Shown piece after piece: positions 52,837 through 60,768 of a DNA stretch of 60,768 nt. Every line of letters begins with the position of its first letter. Positions within the stretch are counted from its first letter, which is position 1. This DNA is from Vezdaea acicularis (lineage: Eukaryota), in assembly GCA_026025075.1 (NCBI GenBank), contig JAPEUI010000098.1, positions 1 to 60,768 on the forward strand, given 5' to 3'. Both the position numbers and the translations under genes were made by a program. The notes below the pieces were generated by a model. The model did not search any database. It had not been told where the DNA came from and saw only the letters and a list, made by a program, of their open reading frames with translations.

Positions 52837-53664
52837 CTATTCGCGCACGAAACCGGTCTCTTCCCAGCAACATGCGCTTGAAACATAAGTACTGTTGCAA
52901 TGGCATGGCCGTTCCTCATCACGCTTTCTAAGATCCAGCCCTGAGTCGAACGAACCATCAAGCGGCATCCTCTGCGCGCTTGGAAAGCCGCAGAACCCCA
53001 TTCTGATACCCCATGCGGAGGTTTGCATATCAGAAGAGGCAAGGCATGCAACTCGTTGACAACCGCCTAGCAGCCTTGCTGATCCGCAGTCCCAGAAACT
53101 ACTGCACGGTGAAGCGCACATTGCGTCTCTTCCTCCAATCGACGCCATCTCCGTCCATATCTCTGTCTCTGTCTTCTTTTTGGATACTCTACTCGAGCTG
53201 GCTGCAGCGCCAAAGTTGCGCGTGAGGTCTTGTAGCTGCTGATACCACCCTAGTTTTGGGCGAGATCGTCGCGGGGTCTCTCTTTTTTGATCCGCTTCGC
53301 AAATGCACTGAGCTTCGCAAGCCGTCGCAATGTGCTCAACCCGATTTGGATTCCAGAAATTTATTATTTCCTCGTTTACCAAGGCTGCAGAGCAGTCAAC
53401 GTGTCCGAGTGGATCACAGGCGCATCGAAGGCTTCCTGAGCAAGCCTCTCGCTCCACGTCTGACGGTCGACTTACTACACATAGCTGCTGCATGGTGCGG
53501 AACAGGCGCGCTTGCGTCCAGTCGGGGAAGACATCCTGTGGAGTGGGACCATCTGGTGGGCCTGCACACACGGGGATTCCCCATCTCGGGACTTTAGGTG
53601 CTGCTTCGACTTTCAAGAGTCCTATGAATCCAATGATGCCCAGGAAGAATACGAGGTGAAGCAT
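52837..53664 (-). CDS. Secreted cysteine-rich hypothetical protein (~275 aa, intronless)
   Basis: Hydrophobic leader MLHLVFFLGIIGFIGLLKVEA, three Cys clusters, and LRKR before a C-terminal PCHCNSTYVSSACC. Confidence 0.8.
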   Translation of the reverse strand: MLHLVFFLGIIGFIGLLKVEAAPKVPRWGIPVCAGPPDGPTPQDVFPDWTQARLFRTMQQLCVVSRPSDVEREACSGSLRCACDPLGHVDCSAALVNEEIINFWNPNRVEHIATACEAQCICEADQKRETPRRSRPKLGWYQQLQDLTRNFGAAASSSRVSKKKTETEIWTEMASIGGRDAMCASPCSSFWDCGSARLLGGCQRVACLASSDMQTSAWGIRMGFCGFPSAQRMPLDGSFDSGLDLRKRDEERPCHCNSTYVSSACCWEETGFVRE

Positions 53665-54748
53665 GGGTGCAGGAGTCAACGATTATTCTGCCGGGAAAGT
53701 AAACTTTAACAAGGAATCATATTCGAATGCTTGTCCGGGTTCTGGTGACTTTGGGCAACTAACATATATAGCTGCCCTGTGGGTGTATGCGGTATTAAAT
53801 TTGCCACATCCTCCGGCAACCAACAGATCTGAAGCTTATATATCTCGCAAAGATCTTCACATCTAGGATGGCATTGGTTTATTATACCGTGGTCATGAAC
53901 TTTCTAGGCGGTCAGCGCGAGCGCTTCTTCTGGTCTAGTGCGACAACAAATGGTACATTGAAGGTTTCTAGTGGGATCTTAGGTGGAGAGCTTAGAGTAG
54001 GAATGCTCGAGTAGACTTTTTTTATTGGCTCTTCAGAGTTTAGTCCTGCAATGACCGGTAAATGATCAAAGCGTATAGCTACATTCATCAGATGCACCAC
54101 ATACGACGGGATGGACCCATGCCCAAATGGGCTTCCTACTCAGAATAGATCAAACAGTATCCGTGGCGTTTGATGCTCAGTTTCAACCCTTTTAAACGAG
54201 GCGAAACCTCAGGATCGGAGCTAACCTCCATTTTTGCTCCTCCCATCGATCCTCGCGGTAGACTTTCTAGGTATTAAACCAATTCCTAGATTCGCATAGT
54301 CCATGTGTCACAATCCCTGACCAGGTTATGCACAGTCCCGATTCAGTCAAGCCATGCAAAACTTAGTGCACTGATTACTGGCAGCCATGGAGTCTTCAAA
54401 CCCCATTTGGATGCAATTGCTTAGTTGGGGGCACGGTAAGCCGCCATGAGCTGAGGATGTAGGGCTGCAAGTCAATCTTTCAGCCTAGTATTGGCGTTCT
54501 TCGAGCAATGTGGACGTCCCGTTTGGCATTCAGTGCCATGATAAGAAATTAAGGGCTCGTCGCATAGCCTCACCATAATGCGTTACATACGGAAGTTGCC
54601 TACTATGCCCAGTCGGAGGACGCCTTGGAAGTCTCTATAGCAAAGAGCTTCAAACGCCCCGGGGTTCAAACAGATCTTGCACCGACTTTTAGTGACTTGG
54701 GGAAGCTGACAAAAGGGCGAAATGGGGTTTTGATTGAACCTTAGGCTC

Positions 54749-55653
54749 CTAAAGCTTTGAACCTACTAGACTTCCCCCATCTACTGCGATTGTCGCGCCA
54801 TTGATAAAGGCGCCTGCCCTACTGCTCAGAAAAAGGCAAGCTCCCGCTACATCCTCTGGCGTACCAATACGCCCAAGTGGAATGTCTGCCACAATTGAGT
54901 CCTTGAACTTCTCCAGCGTTGCCGCCATCATTTTCGACTCAAATGGACCGCAAGCTAGTGTGTTTGATGTGATACTCCTCTTCCCAAGGTGGCTTGCCAG
55001 GACCCTCGAAAGTTGATGAAGGCCCGCCTTACTAGCCGAGTATGCAAAAGTCTCTAATGCCGGTACCCGCAAACCATCTACACTCCCTATGTTTATTATC
55101 CGGCTAGGATTCCCTTCACTTGCTGCATCTTCAAGTAGTGGTGTAAGAAGCTGCGTGATTGTGAAAACGCGATGTAGATTTAACGTCAATACCCTTGTCC
55201 ACGCAGAGTCAGGGTAGTCCTCGTATGGTGCGCCCCAAGTGGAGCCGGAATTGTTGACTAGCACATGCAGCTCTATGATGGCCATTAACAAAGTATGCTC
55301 CTATATCAAGACAGCAAAAGAGAAGCTCACTCTTCTCCCTTTTGCCGAGCTCCTCAGCAAGCCGTTTACAATCCTCCACCTTATAAAAGTCTGCCGGTAT
55401 AGCAAATGCCTTCCCCCTACCGATCCCATTTAGTTCACTCACTGTTCTTTCGCATGCGCTGGCGTCCCGCGATGAAATATATACTTTAGCGCCGTTGCGG
55501 ACGAAACCCTCAGAGATCATGCGCCCTATGCCTTTTGCGCCGCCAGTGACGAGAACGACTTTGTCCTGGTCCAGTATTAGTGCTGTGACGATGCGTGAAG
55601 GGCAAAGGAAACTTCATGCCTACTTTGACATCGAACAGTGTGGGGATTTCCAT
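54749..55653 (-). CDS. Short-chain dehydrogenase/reductase (RhlG-like); 2 introns
   Basis: VLVTGGAKGIG, LVNNSG, INIGSVDG, AYSASKA (YxxxK), IPLGRIG, VDGG. Confidence 0.93.
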
Positions 55654-56010
55654 TGCGGGGAAATTGAAAGTGTGAAGAAGTGAAGAAACTGAGAGCAGGC
55701 ATTGGGGGGAGCGCGCCCTTGTCATTTACCTGTGCCGAGGTTCCCCAGGTTTCGCTTGGGCGGGCCCGATTGGGTAAAATTCTCTCTAGCGAACGGTGTG
55801 TCCGACCATGGGAAAAACTGGTGACAGCTACACAGCATTCAGCCACGGGCAGATGCTCTCAGATGGTTTATCTCTATTAGCAACTCGGAGTTACTCCTTT
55901 TCCCTCACTTAGCTCGATTTGAAGCAAGGCCTTCAGATGCAAAGATCAACGCTATGCTCTCGACTAGAATCATGCATGCCCAGGGTTAATCCCCACCTCA
56001 GCGAACGCCC

Positions 56011-58104
56011 CTATGTTAACGCTGCGACGGTCTCAATAATCTCGCCATCTTCCTCGCCGTCTCTCTGAACGGGACCTATACTTCTCTTGCGCTTTATCCT
56101 CCCAGGACCAAGAACCTGCCTGTTTTGAGGCTCCTTTAGCGACGGAGGACAAAGTACCCCATCCTGGAAAGACCAGCCCTCTCGAGCAAGCTTTGGCCAC
56201 TCCTGCAATACTTTCCACCTCAAGAGTTCTCCCGCTGCTCTTGCATCCTCTTTGCTATCGTGTCCCTGGCCTATAGTGCTATTTTGAATTGTCTTTTCAA
56301 GAACTGAATACATTAGCATCTTCAATCCATTCCTATAAGGTAGGCCCCTCCGATGCGGATACAGCAGGACTGTGTCAATTACAAAGGGGTGGATAATTCG
56401 AAGAGCGTTTAAATCGTTTTCTAAGGCATGGCCTATGAGAGGTGTGTTAGCGCTAATTTGTGTAAATAAGAGAGTTCTAGCAGCCATTGGACTTGGAACC
56501 ATTCTAAGAGTGGGTATGGGCGCTCCAGATTCATCAGATGTGTCTTTTACAGATGATTCGTCATAGGCAAGCGCTTCGGTAAAGTGGGAAGGCCAGACTC
56601 CCGAGTAGCGAGAATTCAGGTCTAAGATCTCTCCAAGAGGCCGCACAAGGACATCGATGACTTCTTCTCCAGTCGGCCAATCGGTCGCTGTGAGACGAAT
56701 CAACTCAAGTCCATGGACTGTATAGCACATCTCACAGTCGACACATATCGCCTTGCTGGAAGGTATGGCGCCATTTGCAGGGGTTTCCTGAAACTGCAAG
56801 ACATGTGCTAGACGCTTCCTGTCTGAAACTTTGAAAACATGTGTGTCCGCTTTCGTACATCCAGAAGATTCACCGATGGGTTCATTGCAGCATGTATAAA
56901 TTCGGTCCTTTGATCGCGTATTGGAGCCTGTCTTGCTCTTCGTTGGCCATGGCGCCTTCCCCCAGTGATATTGGCATTTACCACCAGCTGTTAGTGCACC
57001 GTCCTCGGCTCGACGGCCTGGGAACACTCGAAACCTTGTGGTACATCGATCACACACTTCCCAGCCTATGGAGGCTTCAATACCTGCCTTTGCTTCCGCA
57101 ATCTCCTTGTCCGTAGGAACCGAGGTAACGTAGCCAAGCTTTTCGAGGTCAGACGAAGAAGCCTGAAATCGCGTGAGCACTGCCACTTCTTCATATGGAG
57201 ACAGCCCACTAGATATGACTTTTGGGGCGCTCGGTGATGGCGTAGAAACCTTCTTATCCGACTTTGAGGCAATAACACTTTTCCTCCAATCGTCAAGCTT
57301 CATCTTCTTCAGTGCCACGACTCGATGTCCCATGACATTCCTGTATACAGAAGGGCTTTGCCGGGCGATCTTCTCTTCCTCATCGAGAGCCATTATTATG
57401 ATATCTTGTGGGGACAGCTTGATAGACATGTATTCTTCTGACGACTGCTTTTTATGCTCATCGCTAAGCCTCACAATTTGCTCGTGCAGCTTTCTTAACA
57501 GAGCAAGACGCATTTCATGTTTAGCTGGCGCTCTTGGAACTATACGAGGGTTGAGGGACTCTTTTGCTTTCCCTATCGATCCATGGCTTGTATCTTGGGT
57601 TCCATGGCTCGCAGCTGTATTATCCAGTGTAGGAGGAGCAAATTGAGGTTTTCTATCCCGGCAAAGCAACGGGGGGGATATCTCCCGTTTAGGCGTTGCT
57701 GTAGTCGAAGAGGTCTGGCTCCTATGGCCTTGCTTAGCCAACCGAAGCCCCATAAAAACCGCTTGGTTCTCCAGTGGTTCTTCAGAAGGCTGATCGGACT
57801 TGATGGGGGATATTTCTTTAGGTCTCCCATTCTCAGAATGTCCGCTATGCTCCAAGTTCAAGTGAGGCTCGTCGATTGCTCCTGACTTAACCGTCTCTGA
57901 GCTAAGTCTCGGTCGCTTTCTAGGGAGGTCTGAGTTCTCATCTTTGGGTAACCCGTCTTGGTTGTTTGAAATTGCCTCTATCGCCTTAGCGTAAGCTTCC
58001 TTTTTCTGTGAAGGCTTGCCGTGCTGGAAGAGGCAAGTCGGAAGTACGCAACTTTTAGCATCCGGGCATAGAACTTGAGAGAAAAGCTTCTGAGATGAGA
58101 ACAT
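56011..58104 (-). CDS. REX3: RNA exonuclease Rex3 (DEDDh)
   Basis: 697-aa ORF with CDRC..C.YHWG..CC..GC Cys/His motifs, CVDCEMCYT, IGHALENDL, DT, HDSKEDARAA. Confidence 0.9.
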   Translation of the reverse strand: MFSSQKLFSQVLCPDAKSCVLPTCLFQHGKPSQKKEAYAKAIEAISNNQDGLPKDENSDLPRKRPRLSSETVKSGAIDEPHLNLEHSGHSENGRPKEISPIKSDQPSEEPLENQAVFMGLRLAKQGHRSQTSSTTATPKREISPPLLCRDRKPQFAPPTLDNTAASHGTQDTSHGSIGKAKESLNPRIVPRAPAKHEMRLALLRKLHEQIVRLSDEHKKQSSEEYMSIKLSPQDIIIMALDEEEKIARQSPSVYRNVMGHRVVALKKMKLDDWRKSVIASKSDKKVSTPSPSAPKVISSGLSPYEEVAVLTRFQASSSDLEKLGYVTSVPTDKEIAEAKAGIEASIGWEVCDRCTTRFRVFPGRRAEDGALTAGGKCQYHWGKAPWPTKSKTGSNTRSKDRIYTCCNEPIGESSGCTKADTHVFKVSDRKRLAHVLQFQETPANGAIPSSKAICVDCEMCYTVHGLELIRLTATDWPTGEEVIDVLVRPLGEILDLNSRYSGVWPSHFTEALAYDESSVKDTSDESGAPIPTLRMVPSPMAARTLLFTQISANTPLIGHALENDLNALRIIHPFVIDTVLLYPHRRGLPYRNGLKMLMYSVLEKTIQNSTIGQGHDSKEDARAAGELLRWKVLQEWPKLAREGWSFQDGVLCPPSLKEPQNRQVLGPGRIKRKRSIGPVQRDGEEDGEIIETVAALT

Positions 58105-58651
58105 TTCCAGTCCTCTGTAATGAGATGAAAACGAAATTTAGGTAGAGCACACTCTGTGTGATTTGATGTTCAAGCGAGGAGAAGTAAACTGTTCATGGGA
58201 AGGTTGCGCGGATCTGATGTCGATGATTTAATCACGAAGGTGGTGCTCGCAAACAAGCAAATCATAAAGCCTAGTGGTTAGAGGCCGAAGGAAGTGAACC
58301 TTTGGCGCCATTGAATATTGAAGTATTCGCATTCAAAGGGCAATATACTTTTGAGGGAGCCGTGGATGAGTACTGTCGCAAATAGCTCTCTTGTTTAGGT
58401 CTTTTAACTCGGTAAGGTTTGGCCGACTCTTAGTGGATGAGCTTCACTTTGGCTCTTCCACGATGAATATAGAAGAGGCTTTCGGGAGACTTTCAGGAGA
58501 CTTCAAAGAACACTGTGATTTTGGACAACGTAGAGGTTCACCAAACGCTGATTAAACTTATTAAAATGAGTATAATCCCATGAAGTGGAGATTAAACGTG
58601 GCTTGAGCATGCTACAGTTTGAAGGATTATTGTTACACCGCAACTTCGTTT

Positions 58652-59570
58652 TTATGACCTTAACCCAAGAAGCAAGCCTGTCCCCTTCCCCCCATCCTTG
58701 CCACCCTCGCCACCAGGTAAGTACGTCACGTTAGGATTGTTGGCTAGAGTTTGAGCGATGTCCTTGCTTGCCTCAATTCTTCTTATCATGATCAATCCAT
58801 CTCCGTTCTTGGCCACAGCTTTGCTTATTGTCTCGGCGCTCTCCGCTTCTCCCTCAGCACGGATGACGTTTGCTTGTCGTTCCTGCTCTGCTTTCTCAAC
58901 AATAAAGCGCGCTCTCTCAGCATCTTGTTGCGCAATCTGCTTTTGCTCTACGGCTCTTGTAAATTCCTTCCCAAAGGTCATATGTGTTATAGATACATCT
59001 TCTAAGGCGATATTGAATTCTTGGGCGCGTTTTAGGAGATCGTTGCGAATTCGATTTGATACTGCTTCCCGTTGTGTAATGAGTTCGGCAGCATCAAATT
59101 GGGCGACGATAGCTTTAAGAACTTCGTTTCCTATAGAAGGTAGAACACGCTCATCGTAGTCTTGGCCAAGAGACTGTATCATGGGTGGTTAGTGTACTGC
59201 AGGAACATAACTGACATCCCAACATAAGTCGCATGGATGACTTCCGTACCTGGTAAATCTTTGGTAACATCTTTACGTCCGGACGATGCAATACCCTCAA
59301 AGTCAAGCTAACCATCTGCAAATCTTTGCTTCCTGTTGTAGTTGAGATGTTTCTAGGCTTGGTCCTAACATCGTAGATCACGCTTTTCTGTAGCCACGGT
59401 ATCAGAAAATGTGTCCCTTCATTGACTACATCCTCCTTCACTCCTGAAAGCCTGTCAAAGATGACAGCTCGGGTGCCGCCCTTAACGTCGTATATAGAGG
59501 ACTGAAAAAATGCAACGCCTATAGCAGCAGGTACGGCGAGCCTGTAAATAGCGTTGAGAGCGTTTGCCAT
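58652..59570 (-). CDS. PHB1: Prohibitin 1; 1 intron ~59178-59249
   Basis: [53 protein letters not shown]. Confidence 0.97.
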
Positions 59571-59773
59571 TTCAAGGGTGGGGGAAGCGTGTTCGGATTG
59601 GAACGATGCTAATGGGTCTGGCTATGCGAAGCTTTTCGATTTACCTTACATTTCCAATTGGGCCTAGCGCGAGATCTGCACTTTTAGACGATTTGCCGAG
59701 CATTTCGCACTTTCCGAGGCCCAACCCTCCCAATACGTTAGGGGCGTTATTGCCATTCATTATCCACAAGACT
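59571..59773. promoter_or_regulatory. Compact bidirectional promoter between PHB1 and NHP2
   Basis: Divergent start codons about 200 bp apart. Confidence 0.6.
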
Positions 59774-60539
59774 ATGATGGGTAAGGAGAAGGTCGATAAA
59801 AAGGAAAAGAAGGAGAAGAAGGAGAAGCGGTCAGAGAAAGATGGGGTTCACAAGAGGGAGAAGAAAGAGAAAAGGGAAAAAAAGCTCAATGGCCATGCTA
59901 CAGAAGAAGTTATGACTGTGCTCGGCGCTGGAGAATCAGAAATTATCGTCTTAAAGAGTAACGGCGAGAGCAACATAAAATCGGAAAGGATTCTGGGAGC
60001 GTTGGTACCATTTGCAAATCCGCTAGCGGACGACAAGGTTGGCAAGAAAGTGCTTAAAGCCGTCAAAAAAGGTACAATTTGATCTTGAAATCTTGGCCAT
60101 ATCTGGGAGATTTAGGTCTTCTCCATATGTAATCAACGGGCAGCTGACTTCAATTATAGCCGCCAAAAACAAATGCCTAAAGCGTGGGGTGAAGGAAGTC
60201 GTAAAAGCTCTTCGAAAGTCACCTGTCACCCTACCGTCTAGCGGCGTTGCTCCAGGCGTAATCATTCTAGCTGCAGACATCTCTCCAATGGATGTAATAT
60301 CACATATTCCCGTGCTATGCGAAGACCATCACATACCCTACCTTTACGTACCATCCCGAGCAGAGCTGGGAGCGGCGGGGAACACAAAACGACCCACAAG
60401 CGTTGTCATGATTAGCGCAGAACGGGGAGGGAAAAGGAAAGAAGGTGAGAAGGTCGAGGAAGGTGAAGAAGAGTTCAAGAGCATTTACAAGGACTTGGTG
60501 AAAATTGTAGAAAAGGAGGGCAGGTCGGTCAAGATCTGA
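59774..60539 (+). CDS. NHP2: H/ACA snoRNP subunit Nhp2 (L7Ae) with a KKE-rich N-terminus; 1 intron ~60072-60159
   Basis: LVPFANPLA..KVLKAVKK|AAKNKCLKRGVKEVVKALRK..ADISPMDVISHIPVLCEDH..KRPTSVV. Confidence 0.93.
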
Positions 60540-60768
60540 TGGGCGTTCTTCGAGTTTCTAATGGATAGCATCCCCGGCTCAAAGATTTTCACAAACTTGT
60601 ACGGTAACTCTTAAGCGTGCATAATACCAGGGAGTTTTAACTCAAGTTCAGGTTGCCTCATGTGGTGGGATCTGAATCGAAGATGGCTCCACAAACTGCG
60701 ATGCGAGGCCGAAAGACAGCCGATTAATACCAGCGTTTGAAAGAGGCCAATTATTTTGAATAACTCGC

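Noticed and set aside
58455..58555. Possible box C/D snoRNA (ACGATGA...CTGA) between REX3 and PHB1
   Set aside because: Imperfect C box, no terminal stem, and no guide sequence I could recognise.
60715..60750. GATTAATACCAGCG resembling the 3' part of a fungal TPP riboswitch
   Set aside because: No UGAUCUGG partner strand and no upstream CUGAGA; it lies downstream of NHP2, not in a thiamine gene.

Overview
Gene-dense, intron-containing eukaryotic DNA from a filamentous ascomycete (Pezizomycotina-type GTRAGT / CTRAC / YAG introns). I reconstructed about 27 protein genes by hand-splicing. Most are conserved: Yox1-like homeobox TF, flavin amine oxidase, mitochondrial carrier, GT8 glycosyltransferase, transketolase, SNU13, VMA3, mS38/COX24-like, group II G-alpha, spermidine synthase, MGMT, DUF427, STL1-like sugar porter, PCC1, CDC14, RRP4, SDR, REX3, PHB1 and NHP2. 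No rRNA, tRNA or CRISPR was recognised. Highlights: (1) three members of an apparently uncharacterised secreted cysteine-rich family, two carrying a KR-flanked C-terminal 'CNxxYVSSACC' module; (2) a 568-bp impala/mimp-like element whose two ends are each a self-palindromic 80-bp TA-flanked mini-MITE, and whose removal restores the reading frame of one of those genes; (3) long introns in spermidine synthase and transketolase that appear to fold into intron-spanning hairpins; (4) a PD-(D/E)XK-like nuclease gene among housekeeping genes. Family assignments come from motif recognition only; no database search was run.
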